DNA of 64,000 nucleotides from Batkoa obscura. Its lineage: Eukaryota. The notes beneath the pieces were generated by a model. That model searched no databases. It worked only from the letters and a program-made list of their open reading frames with translations, and was not told where the DNA came from. The DNA lies in contig JASVEC010000010.1 in the NCBI GenBank assembly GCA_030770535.1, positions 1,426,001 through 1,490,000 on the forward strand, in the 5' to 3' direction. This document shows, in pieces, positions 48,338 through 62,029 of this stretch; position 1 is the stretch's first letter; each line of letters opens with the position of its first letter. Made by a program: the position numbers and the translations under genes.

Positions 48338-48852
48338 AAATAATGATGATATTTATCAAAAATAAATTAACAAATAGTTAAAAGGTAAGTAATTGTAATA
48401 ATAAACAAAAACTGTTATTATACTGCTCTTATTCTTTCTTATGTAGCTATTTATTGACTTAGTGATATGTTAATAATATAATTATAATATTAAAATTATT
48501 TATTTATTTATTTATTTATTTAATAGCAAATCTGCAACGTTAACTATAAAGCAGTCAATAATAAATATCTCTGAATGAGGTTTTACAAAAATATTTATCT
48601 ATTTAAATAATATAAATTTGATTAATATCGATATATATATTATATTAGCAAAAGTCTTTTTGATCCGGGAATTTCTATTAAATTTAATAGAAATTTTGTT
48701 TAACCTATAAATTATAAATAAAATGATCTAAAACTATGCTGTGGGTACTTTTGCTTTAATAAAAAATTTACTTTTACAGGATTTTAAGCAGTTTTTAAAC
48801 TCTAAAATATCTAAAAGTTGGATAAAAAAATGCAACTAACTTAGACATCCCC
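48242..48852 (-). repeat. Right arm of ~600-bp inverted duplication
   Basis: Reverse complement of 45941-46548. Ends cttagacatcccc followed by atat. Confidence 0.92.
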
Positions 48853-49345
48853 ATATCTCAATTAAATCACTATTAAAGATGAATTTTTATAGCAAAAGCT
48901 AAGTAATTACTTGTAGGGTTTTTTCAAGTATACCTGTTTAAAAACAACTTTATTTTTAAAAATTTAATTTTAAAGTAAACATTCTACACAAATTATAATT
49001 TTTAATTATCTCATATAAAATTAATTCTCAATTAGTATTTTAAAATAAGTATCAAAGATAGCTAAATAAGTATTATAATAAAAAATATCATTATATGCAA
49101 ACGATATTTTTATTAAAAGCTAAATATCTATTTTCATATAATAATTATTTATACACAATCTATCATCTATTACACTATTTTCATTATTATAGACTTATTA
49201 AACTGCCATATTTCTAAAACAAATCCAAGCCTATGGTGATTAATTTGGGTATTAATTTTCTAAACTAATTAGATCAAAAGAGGAATTAGTCAGCCAATAA
49301 ATCGTAATTAGGTCAACAAAATTTACTTTTTTAAAAAAATAACAA

Positions 49346-52300
49346 ATGTCAGATATTAGTGATGATTTAGAAGGAAATGTAGACTGGGATAGTTTACATA
49401 GTGAATTTGAGGATTATTTATTAAAGTTACCAATAATATATAATTGCCGATTTGATAGATCTGTAGCTGTTAAAATTTATAGTCAATTATCTCATTACTT
49501 AGGTTTGAATAAATATGTTTATGACGAAGAAAAAGATAAATTTAGTTATGAAGATACTGGTCCTCATATTAGTCAGGACCCTAACGCTGTTAGAAGAGGT
49601 CGTTTATGTGGCAAATTATTTAAAAAAGGAGATCCTGTTTATCGTTGCAGGTAAATTATTTTTTATGGTTTAATTTAAATAGTTTTATAGTAATATTATT
49701 GAATAATATAATAAATAACATCAAATAAATAGGGATTGTAGTCTTGATCCAAATAATGCTATTTGTTCCATTTGTTTTGAAGCTGGGCAACATGAAGGTC
49801 ATGATGTTTACATATTATTACATAATACTAGAGATAATTTTTGTGGCTGTGGGGATCCAGAACTTTGGAAAGATGGGTCCTTATGTGGCTACCATGATCC
49901 AGAACATCCTAACACTACGGAGATGATTGATCGAATGATTCCAAGCATTAATTTAAGGTCATTTAAAGTATTTTTTACAGTTTGTTTAGATTTCATTATT
50001 AAAATCTATGAACATTCCCCAGAAAGTATATTTTCTGAACGAAGTTTCAAACAATTGTTTAAGGATGAAAGAAAATTTTATAAAGCATTTTCAAAGATAC
50101 CATATGCGTCATTAAGCAAAGAATATGCTTTAGTGGTATTTGATGATGACCATCATACAGCCCAAGAGTTTGAACGACTTTATCAAAAAGCAACAGGGCT
50201 TAGCGAAGAGGCATGTAGAAATGATCGAGTTGAGTTTGGAGAAGTAGGTAGAAAAGTGGTTGAAATTTCCTCCAATTTAGAAATGTTAACAGAAACATCA
50301 CATCATTTTACAAAGGCAGCTTATCATTGTACAATACGTTCAGCATTAAGTGTGTTTTATGAAGAAGTTTCAATGGCCATTGTTCACTATATAACTTTAC
50401 TTGTCGAATGTCAAGAATTTAATTTCTTCTTGGATGGTATACTTTATGATGCTTTTTTAGATTCATTTGCTACTCAACTTTGTTCCCCTCGTAATATCAG
50501 ATTTAATATACCAACAAATGTAAAAGCATCTAAAAGATACTATGATAGTAAACCCACACAAGACGACTTTAATAGTAACTATGATGATATGTCAAATAGT
50601 TCAAATGAAATAGTCAATCAAAATGACATGAATGAACATGATGATATAGACATAGAAAATGATCCAATAGATTCATTTACTATCACAGAAGAAGAAGAAA
50701 TTGGGTATATGAGTGGTGAATCAATAGACGAAAAAGATGAAGGTCTTCCTGAAGGTCTCATATCTTTAGAAGATCCTGCAAAATATACTGGATCCCTTTA
50801 TGATATAAAATTAGATGATGAAACGCCCTTTTATTTTCCATCCAAAAACCCAATTTATGAAGAAAATCGTAGCGATTTTCCAAGACCTCCATTAACTGTT
50901 TCAAAATATCGTTTAGATTGGATTTTGGCTTTAGATACTTTATTCCCTAAAAGGATGCGAAGAGAAATCCACCAATTATTAATATATTCCCCTTTAATTT
51001 CTGACAAAGAGAGAAGAGAAGCAATAGCACCTCATTTTTTTGTGAACTATCGTACTTATCTTTTAGGCTCAAAAATAAGAAAACCTCAATACGTACAAGG
51101 TATGCTTGGTTTTACAGTTCACCTTTTGACTAGGCCAAGCATTGCTAAACAACTTGTAGATCGGATGAATTTTTTACCTTACCTCTTTGCATTATTAGAA
51201 AGATTTTTTCAGCCATATGAAATAGGGGAAGACAAACTTGATGATCGATTTTCAGTTGTAAGTGCCTCATTTATAGAAATATTACCAATATTTTCATTTC
51301 ATACACCCTTTAAATCTTTAACTCATTCTGAGTTTAAAAATAAGCTATTTTCAATTGTTTTGCAAAATTTACATTATTTATTGGAACAACAAGAAGTTCA
51401 AAGATATGTATTTAAGAACCCATTAAATGTTGCCGCTTTTTTACACTTCTTAACATATTTTCAAGGGATGAACGCGGCTGGTAGACTAAAAGATACTCAT
51501 GTTGAATATGAAAATGAAGCTTATATGGCTGCATTTGAAATTTCATTTTACATTTATCGTATTATTAGACCTTTTTGTTCTTCTTATAGACATTCTACGT
51601 TATATTTGGCTAAAGCTTTAAGAAGAACAATTTATAAAATAGATTATTGGATAAGTAGAGGAGGTGAAAGTTCAAATGGGGATACAATTGGTGGAGATTA
51701 TTGTGTCAAGTTTGCTAAGCATCGGGGGTTAAATGATGAGGCTTATGATATTGTTGATTTTAGTGTGGATGATGGTGAAGAGATATCATTTCATTACCCA
51801 TTACATTGGTTTTTATCTTTATTGCTTCATAATGTCAATGCTCTTGATAGTAAGATGTTACAAGAAATAGGCTTTGTAGATATAAATCATCTTTTGATTG
51901 GAGTTAGATCTGAAGATTCACGTTACGAAGCTAATCTACAACGAATTCAAGCCATTTTTGATTACCCATTAAGATCCATTGTACTTTCTTCTCAAATTCG
52001 TGTCAACCTTTGGGTTCGTAATGGACAATCTGTTAGAGCCCAATGCTATAGTTATAGGGATATGACAGATTCCTTATTCTATTTAGATCTTTTTATGTTA
52101 CAGTATATGTTAATAATATTTCCGCCAAAAATTGCTTTGTTCACATTGTTAGAGCGATTCGGATTATCTAGGTTGGTATCATTTAGTGAAGGGCATCCAG
52201 TTTATGATGAAAGTCAATATAAAGAAATTGTTTTGGATTTCTTTGGTATATTTATCTATTGCCTTACTGAAAGAGGAAAGCTAGTCAATGATAGTGCTAC

Positions 52301-55300
52301 TGAAGAATTACGGAGAGAATTGTTGCACAATACATTGAAACCAATTTCATTTACAGACTTGGATAGATTATTGCCGGATCGATTATTAGAAGAATGTAAT
52401 GTTAAAAAGATATTAAGTGAATTATGTACGTTTAAGCCCCCAGAAACGCAAAAGGATTCTGGATTATATACTCTAAAAAAGGAATTTTATAAAGAAGTCA
52501 ACCCTTATTATTTTGTAAGTAATAGAAATGCCCGTGATCATGCCGAACAATTATTGAAGAAAGACTTGGAAAAAACTGAATATTATTCAGTTCCTTATTT
52601 AAAAGAAGTACTAGTTGGACCATTTAAGTTAATTGGTGATATTTTACATGAAAAATGGATGTCTTGTATAATATTTATGACACTTTATCATGCTTTAAAA
52701 AAATTCAAATCAAATTCATTATTAAATGATGTGCTTTATTTATATTTAATAGCTGCTCAAGATTTGAATAACTCTATTAATGTAAGAGATTTATTTACTC
52801 AACCTGAGGACAGTGTTGGAGGTTTATGGACATATACACAAAACCTTGATTTTCCTTTCGAAGATACAGAAAATGGGGCTCCAACTACAAGAACAATTGT
52901 TGATTTGCTGCTACTATTTGTCGGAAACTCGGAATTTGAAGCAAGTCATCCAAAAACCTGGCATGTTCTTAGTTTGATTGAAAAATATTCAGGTAATGGA
53001 GCAAAAAATAAAATAGCAAGCTTCCGTAGCACTTTCCAAGCGAGTCTAAAAACAGATTCAAAGGACGTAGAGTTTGAAAGAAAGAAAGCTGAAGCTAAAG
53101 CTAGATTAGCAAAAGTAAGGCAACATTTTGCATATGAACAAAAGAATTTTATGACAAATCAACAGGCACTTTATGATGATGTTACTCTTGATGGTGAAGC
53201 TTATGTTGAAGGAATGAACAATGAACCAATCGATCAATCAGAGATACCATTTTTAACTGGAAATTGCTTGATATGTGCTGAAGCAGGATCAACCAATGAC
53301 CCTTATGGGATTTTAGCATATGTACAACCATCTAAAATACTTAGTACATTAACATTTGATGAGTTAGATATTATATCTACAGTTAAATTAGAAGAGGGGC
53401 TATCCCTATTTAAACCAAAACATTTCCCAACTAAAGCACAATGTATTGAGTCATCTAATAAACAAGGAGATTTACAACATCCACCTGGTACTGATGGTAC
53501 ACAATATGGGTTTCATATATCATCCTGTGGACACATGTTACATCTCAAATGTATGGATGAACATTATAAGCAATTAGAACAAAGACTTAACTCCAACCCA
53601 GCACGCTGTCATGTTGAAAATTTAAGTTTACGTGAAATTGTTTGCCCACTATGTAAATCCATATGTAATACCATACTCCCTATAAAGGGCAACTTAGGAA
53701 AAGCACATTGGATGGCGGAATCTAAACTACCTGATGAAGAAGTTTGGTATGATAAATTTAAAAAAGCAACCACAACAGTAATAGATAAATTTAATGAAGT
53801 TTATCCAGAACAAGCATTAAATAGTCGAGCTGCTTTTAATAATCCATTATTAAGTCCAATTACATCAAAGCCATTTTATTTTGAAATCGATCCCCCATTA
53901 ATTACACCCTTTCAAGGTAATATTCATGTAGGTTTAAATGAACCATTATCATTGGAAGGTAATCCATTTCCATTTACAGCACTTCAATCAAGACGTCGTG
54001 CAACAGTATTAAGTCCATCACGTACAGGTTTAATGATTAATGAATTTATGGAGAATATTACTAAAACAATGAATGTAAACAATGGGGATCCATTAAAGAA
54101 TAAACAATTACATGAATATTTTAAGCCACAAAAACCAACTCAATTAATTAATGAATATAAATTTGATGCAAATGAAGATTTTGTTAATGGCTTATTTAAG
54201 TTTATAGATATATTTAGGGTATGTTATTCTCAAAGGGATAAATTACCTCATTATATGTCTTCTTGGAGGGAATATTTCCAATCAAAAAATTTGTTAGATC
54301 CAATAATCAATGGATTATTGTATACGATATCCCTAGTTGAAGTATCTGATCGTACTAAAGAACCTTCTGCTTTATCAATTGAGCCTACATTTATTATAGA
54401 CAGGATACCTAACATTACACATAATTTATTAATAGTATTATGGAATACAATATTAGAGATATCTCAACTTTCAGGTGCTAACTTTGAACCTTATAATTTT
54501 AAAAGGAGTATCAGTCATCTTGGGCAAATTTTTAATTTTTCTAAATTATCTGTATTAAATTGTGATCCATTTCATTTATTATTAGAATTCTCAATGACAA
54601 TTGTTCCACTGTTTAAATTAGATATTCGTTACATTGTCAAATTATTATTAATGATTGTTGTTACTAAGTTAGTTGTTGGTATTTTATCATCTGCCTTTTC
54701 ACCGTTACAAGATGAAACAATTGAAGGTGAACCAAACCATGGATTTGAAAAGTCATTATATGACCTATTCCATTTAGTTGCTGTAACTGGGCTTGGTATC
54801 CGACCAGGTATTTTTTCACAACTTTGGGAATCAAAGGGTGTTAAATTTTCTTATTCTTTCTTTTATCAAAGTGTGCTTGTTTTTATGCGTAAAGTAGTAT
54901 TATTTTTAGAAGCAGTCCAAGTACCCCTTCATCGCTCTGAAGACGATTTTGAAGATATAGATGAATTGACTCAGTTACTTAACAGCATTTACTTAGAGGA
55001 TTTCCCTACTTTAATTAAAAATGTATTCCAAAATGAGGAATATAGAAGTTTAATTGTTGAATGGTGTAAATCGTATGTAGAAACAAAGCGTAGGGCTTCA
55101 ATTTCTTATGAATACCCTTATCCATATAAGTTGTTCCCATTACCTGAGGAGTTTTATTCTTTGTTTACAGCATGTCGAAATGTAATTTGTATGAATTGTA
55201 ATCGTCCACCTACCAACCCTGGCATCTGTCTTATTTGTGGTACAGTGATCTGTTTACAAGCTGATTGTTGTCGAGTGGATGAAGAAGGAGAAGCTAATCA

Positions 55301-55637
55301 ACATAAACGTGCCTGTGCTGGTACTATAGGCATGTATTTAGGTATCAATTCAGGCTCATTGTTGATGTTCCATCACATCAATGGCTCCTTTTATGCAGCA
55401 CCTTACCTTGATTTTCATGGAGAAACAGATATTGAATTAAGGTAATTAATAGCCATTATAATGAATTTTACTTAAATTATATTAATTTTTATAAATAATA
55501 GGCGAGGAAATCAATTATATTTAAATAAGAAGAGACATGATTATTATTTAAAATTATATTTGAATCATCAAATACCACAAATCATTGGAAGACGATTAGA
55601 ATCTAATATTGATAATGGGGGATGGGAAACATTTTAA
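49346..55637 (+). CDS. UBR1: UBR1/UBR2-family E3 ubiquitin ligase (UBR box, ClpS-like domain, RING, C-terminal Cys-rich domain), 3 exons
   Basis: CGKLFKKGDPVYRCRDC, SFHYPLHWFLS, LWVRNG, RING CLIC..SSCGHMLH..C..CPLCKS and APYLDFHGETDIELRRG. Introns 49651-49732 and ~55442-55501. Confidence 0.9.
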
Positions 55638-55829
55638 CTGTAAGAAAGTTTTAAAAAATATAGGACAAACTAATTCTATTATTTTAATAAAATTTGAATA
55701 AAATAACAAAATATAATATTGAAATACTAAAGTGATCTTGTAAGGAAATAATTAGTTTAATTTAAAGAAAAAGCTACAAAAACCAATGGAATCTAATAAT
55801 AATGAATTTTATATAAAATAATTTAAATA

Positions 55830-58800
55830 TTAAGTTTTAGTTGATTCATTATTATTAACACTATTTGATTTATCCCCTACTAAAAGCCAACCTAAATCTG
55901 AGCCTCCTTCTTCATTTTCAGATAATATTGATGTATTTATTAAGCTTTCGCCTGTTTTTTCACTTTCCTTATTTAGCCTTGAACGTGAATATTCTAAATC
56001 TCTGTATATGAAATTGATAGCATTTTCAACTCCATTTTCCTAATTAGCAAATAAATAAACATTTCAATCTATTAAATATAGTATATAATAACTTACGGAT
56101 CTAATCTGTCTCCCTACTAATGAAGCTTTTTCTACCATTCTTGGTTCAGAGATATCTTTAAGTGCTTGTACTAATTTATTCAAAGTAAGCTTCTTTAAAT
56201 AAATGCCTACTCCCATACGCTCTACTTGCATAGCCCAAAAGTATTGATCCCCAAAGAAGGGCTTAATAATGCAAGGCACCCCAGCCCTCAATCCAGCAGC
56301 AGTTGTACCAGCACCACCATGATGCATCACACCAGCTACTTTAGGAAATAACCAATCATGAGGTACAGAATCTATACGTAATATATTTTTAGGGTATTGA
56401 ATTGGTTCGAAATTTTCTTTATCTTTAATCATTCTGCTTGACCATCCTTCAGATAGTAATATCTTGACGTTAGCCTCAACGGCTGCATTGATAATGGTCT
56501 GTATTGTCTCTCTTGGGTCGGGTACTGTTATAGAACCAAACCCAATATATATCGGTTTATCTCCATTGAACAAGAAATCATTAAGCTCGTTTGACGGTGT
56601 CCAACCTGGGTTGGGGTCATCTAAGAAAAAGAAACCACAACAATGGATCCAGTCATGCCAATCAAAAGGTGGTGGTGCTATTGCTGGTGAGAATGAATAC
56701 AAATAAGGCACACGATGTTGATTGAGTTGTTCAAGAGAAGTAGAACTTAAGTTTAATGATTTTTTTCGCCAATTATTAATCTGCCATGAAGTACCCTTCC
56801 AAAGCACCTGCTCAATAAGCACATATGTCATATAATTATAAGATCCTCCCATCTGGTGCTCGGGTATAGCAAATGGGTGTGGGAATGCTCTGGTACGTGT
56901 CCATGGCATTGTAAAACAGCCAAAGAAGGGGATGTTTAGTTTTTCAGCAATATGAATACCGGCCATTGCTGTTGGTGATTCAAGTAAGATATCTGTGTTT
57001 TGGCATGCTTCCCAGCTTGATTCCAGTAACTCATCGATCCAACCTCTGAACTTTGATACACCTTCTTTCCAAAATGATATTGATAGCATACCATTATCAA
57101 CACACAACTTTATCAATTCTCCTGGGTCTCCAGCAATTACTCGAAACTCAATACCATGGCTTTCGACCCAGTCTTTATATTCGGCATGTGTAGCAATACG
57201 GCATGTATGGCCATGTTTCATTAGCCCTTTACATAAAGCAATAAATGGCTGTACATCACCACGTGTACCAATAGTTAGACAAGTGATATGCATTGGACCA
57301 CAAGGTGGCTTATTTGATAGCAATTCATTGACTCTATTAGGATTCTTTGGGATGATAGGTAAATTTGTACTGTGTACGTCGTATTCCTGTATCCATCTAT
57401 TATTTTGGTTTATTATGCTTCCTATTTCTGATTCATTGTCATCTATTCTAGTTATATCATTGGCATTGTTATTAATATTTGCATTGCTATCTTCATGTGA
57501 TAATTGCTTCATTTGTTCAAGTAAAATATCTATTATTTTATCACGAGTTTTTGATGATCGAAATTCTAAAAAGATTTCTTGTGAACTGATTGTTTCAATA
57601 GACAATCCATGATGTAATAAACGTAATCCAGGTTGATTCTGAACCAATCTCAAATCAGATATTGGTATCATGACTTTAATTGTCATTCCTACTAATCGGG
57701 AGTAGAAACATACAAAGTTCTGAGTAACAATCAATCTTCCCCACCTAGGTACTACTCTTAATAGTAAACAACCTGAGGTACATAAAACAGCTTCAGTATT
57801 TGGTAAAGCAAATTCTTTAAGCACTGTTTCTTCACTAGGTAAAAATGTTTCAAGTGTAGGTGTATTAATATTTGGAAAGTTAAAAAAGGAAGCTGATTGT
57901 TCATTATTTTCTGATAAATAGTTATCAAATGGGGAGGATGACAATGCAGTTTCTAAATTTTCATCAGAATTTGTTTTATTATTTGAATCCATTGAATGAG
58001 ATTTACTAATACTATTTCCTTTAAGGGTTGAGGTTAGATTAGGTAATTTAAGCCAGTTACTAAACTTGAAATCTAAACTTGATCCCTTTGAATGTCTCTT
58101 TTTTAGCTTTTCATTTGAAGATTGACTCTTTAATTCTCCTTTTTCTTGTATTTTTTCATTTTCGCTTTCATTTTTCTTTTCAATATGTTTTTTGTTTTTT
58201 GTTTCGTTTTCATCTTCATCATCACTATGATTAGTATCTGATAAAGCTTCTTTAAACACCATAAAATCATCTGGATTAAAATCTGAAAATGAACTTCTTC
58301 TTGAACTAGAAGCTGATTTTGTATTTTTACCAAATCTTAGTTGTCTAGGAACGAATTTTAGAATTGATTTTGGACTGAGTAATCCTTCCTCTTTATTGTC
58401 TTCACTATTCAATGCATCATCTAAATCTTCGTGCCCTTGGGAATCAATTGTCAGTAAAGGTAACGATCTCAAAGCATTATTTTGTTCATTTTGAAAGTTT
58501 GAATCGTTATTCCCATGATCAAATGGAATTCCTTTTATATTTTTGAAATTTTGTGATTTTGGGTTTTTAATATAATATTCTTTTACAATTTCTTGACAAC
58601 ATTTTAATGCTTCTTTTCCTTTTTCAAAAAATACAAAATAATGCTAGATTAAATAAATTATATTGCAGATTATATAAGTATGGATAAACTTACATCATCC
58701 ATTGCAAAATTAGCTTCAACCGATTTGATTCTTAATGTTTCGGCAAAATTAAAGGTTGGATTCAATTCAGCATCAACTATTGAATTTATAGGAATAATAA

Positions 58801-59966
58801 TCTAGTATAGTAATAATCAATACAGTACATCTTAATATTAATTACAATATTACTTTAATATGATCACTGTGTTTTGCTTTAAATACTGCTTTTTTAATAG
58901 CATTGATCCTAAATGATATTATTTATTAATTATTTGATTTAATCCTATTAATTACCATTCTTTTAATGAAACTTCAGTATCTGTCTGTAAAGAATGTTTT
59001 TTATTAACTGTTATTATTTTAAATCCAAAGGGTTTTGAATTTGATCGTTGAATAGAAAGCACTGACTTTAAATCAATCATCCCATAAGGACAGTAAACAT
59101 CCTAATACATTAATATATTATTACAATCACTAAGCAAAAAAAGTACCAATGAGTTTTCAAAATATGAGAGTGAATAATCTCTTAGTACAAACCAATATAC
59201 TGAAGAGTACGCTGCATTAGCTTTACGTGTTAAAAATCCCGATTTAATAACTTCATTCTAAATTAAGCTTAATTAAAGTCAATTAATTTATGAAATACAT
59301 ACTGTTTTTCTAGGAATATTTGCATAATACAGGAGATGGTTTTTAGTGACATATAAATTTCCTTGTAATAATACACTACTCATTAACCAGCAAGGAAATT
59401 CTATGTTTTCATTGTTTTAATAAGATAAAAATTCAATTTTAGATCGTGTATATTACCTTGCATTAATTCCTCTGCTTTATTTAATGAAAATATGGACTGG
59501 ATCTTCTCCCCTAATGTTTTTTTGTGATAATCTATTGCAGCTTGTTTTTTTATTTCTGATGATGTTTTGTTTTCTTTAAATTGATCAAATATTTCATTTG
59601 GTAATAAACTATCGATGGAAGAAGTACGCATCATACCAGGCTTCCTTGCTTTTAAATAGATTAATTTTTAGAATATTCAATTTAAAAAGTGAATTACTTT
59701 CTTCTTTAAGATTGAATGTTTTCTTATTGTTAAATATATTTATTGTTTTACTATTTTTTCGAGGAAAATACCTATCATTAACTTTACTTTCCTTTTCAGT
59801 ATCTTTTTCAATATTGTTTACATCATTATAGTCATTTTCACTTTTATTTATTTGATTTTCATCAAATTCTTGTTCTTCCTAATATAATTAGCAACTACTT
59901 AACTACAATTTATCCTATTACCATTCTGGAAGCCACATTCAAAAAATTGATCATAGACGAGTTCAT
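55830..59966 (-). CDS. ATG26: Sterol 3-beta-glucosyltransferase with GRAM/PH domains, multi-exon
   Basis: TIGTRGDVQPF, IATH.EY..W, ESPTAMAG.HIAE, TMPWTRT..FPH, IGFGS, VPHDWLFP, HHGGAGTTAAGLRAG and PFFGDQ. Upstream GRAM/PH exons. Confidence 0.93.
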
Positions 59967-60855
59967 TTTGTATGTAAAACTTAAATATAATTAATTAAAA
60001 GCTGATGCCAAGTAACATTCTTAGTGGTTTTTTATTGTCAAATTGTTATGCTTTTTATTATCAATTCCTCTGGTTGTTTATTGGTTAAATAAATAACTTT
60101 AAATCATTCACGTGTGGCCTAGTTTTAATGAATGCCACGGTTTGGCTTTAAATCATAATTCTTTATAATATTCTATTTTGCATTTAAAGAAAATTATCTT
60201 AAGTATACAACAAGTTTATAAAGATTAACTTTTATCCGGGTATAATATTTAAATTTAATAACTTTAACGTTATCTAGTAATTTAAAGTCTTTCACTAAAT
60301 AAAACTATTTATAATACTACTTAAGTATAAAAAGTATGACAATTAAAGAACATACTTAATACTAATTATTAAGTGTGATTTTAAAAAAGCAACTATTATG
60401 GTAAAGCGTATTTAAAATAATTAAAGTCTATTGATTGTATTAGGTATATGACATCTAATAAACTTTTAAAGTGTAAATGTTCGTTCTGATATTATAGAGT
60501 GGGTGTTAAATAAACGATAATGTCCCGATTTTGCATAAAAACTGTGAAATTTTGATATGCAATCTTTCACCAAACCCACAAGCCTGATTTAGTATATTAT
60601 TAATTCAAAACGAACAGTTTATTATTTTAGTATTCAAGTTTTCTCTTCAACTTACTAATTAGTTACTGTAAAGTTTATTTTAATAAGTATTTACAGATGG
60701 TTTTGTAAAGTAAGAATGAAAGTGGCCTCTGTCTGACTTGATCACATAAAATGTGATTCTTGACCTGAAAGATTCCAAATATTTTTTAAAAATATATATT
60801 GTATTGTTATAAGTTCAAAATGCTTTTATTTTTTATTTCTATTAAAGATTCGTGA

Positions 60856-61530
60856 TCATTTATTTTTACAAAAGACAACAAAAAAGATTTTACTACACTT
60901 TTTGCCCTCTTCACATTCCTGACTAATAAAGCGGCCATTAAAGCAAGTTTGAACTTTGCCATCTGATGAACACTTCTTTTCTTTACCTTCGCAAGCATCA
61001 GCTGGGGGTGAAGGAGGAGGGCGAAAGCTTGAAATACCTCTTTGGTTGAATCCACCTTGTATAGGGTTTTGGAAATTTGGATTGAAGCCACTACCTTGAC
61101 TTCCAAATTGGTTTCCAGAAGGAGGTACTGAACTAAATGGGTTTTGAAAATTATTTCCAGTTTGACCAAATGGGTTTTGACTAGTAGGAATACCTTGAAA
61201 CCCAAAATCTCCTTGCGGGGTATTAAATGAAGGATTCCTTTGAAAATTTTGAAATCCACCAGGGCCATTAGCTCCGATAGGAAGGGTAAATGACCTTCCT
61301 TTTCCAGACCCGATTCCTTCTGATTCGTTCTCATCAGTAATTAAATCATCACCCTCACTTTCAGTGGTAGATGCTTCACCATCTTCTTTTTTTATTTCAG
61401 CTGGAATAACTGGTTTCTCTTCAGCTATTACTGAATCCTGTGGCATTAAATTGTTATTTAAAGGAATAGCATTGCTATTAGCCTTAACCAGTAAGGTAGT
61501 TAAACATAAAATGAGTAAGTGATATTTCAT
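60856..61530 (-). CDS. Secreted low-complexity protein with C-terminal Cys-rich module
   Basis: Signal peptide, acidic segment, F/Q/N/G/P repeats, then C......C........C........C.....C. Confidence 0.8.
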   Translation of the reverse strand: MKYHLLILCLTTLLVKANSNAIPLNNNLMPQDSVIAEEKPVIPAEIKKEDGEASTTESEGDDLITDENESEGIGSGKGRSFTLPIGANGPGGFQNFQRNPSFNTPQGDFGFQGIPTSQNPFGQTGNNFQNPFSSVPPSGNQFGSQGSGFNPNFQNPIQGGFNQRGISSFRPPPSPPADACEGKEKKCSSDGKVQTCFNGRFISQECEEGKKCSKIFFVVFCKNK

Positions 61531-62029
61531 AGTATTATTATAAAATAAATAGAATATATTTTACTTGAGTTGTATTTAAATGATAATTATATTTTCATAT
61601 TTAGATTATTTTAATTTTATGTTCATCTTATTATTAGTGCTAGGCCTGTATATCATTACTATAATAAAAATATTAGAATACAATTAATTTGGCTGAAGTT
61701 GGAATTAAAATTTAAGTTTTGTAGTATAAAATTGATAGTAAAGTTATTGATCAACATAAAATATTAGAAAATCTTTAAAAATTAAATTGTTAAAAATAGT
61801 CAACTAATAAAAAAGTATTTTTTTAACTCTAAAAAATTGTAACATATTTATTAATGATCTATACGCTTAATAACAGTTTAAAATAATAAAATCATAAAAA
61901 ATAACTAAATATATTTAAATGTTTATTTTTGAGGTCTTATTAAAAGAATTACTTTATATAACAAGTGCTAAATTTATAGCTTATATTTTATTTTGATTGA
62001 GAAGTCTAATTTTTATAAATATAAATTAT

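Noticed and set aside
56464..57612. Plus-strand ORFs of 80 and 205 aa (likewise 60807-61334, 62656-62871, 63037-63228)
   Set aside because: Antisense or alternate-frame shadows of well-supported genes.
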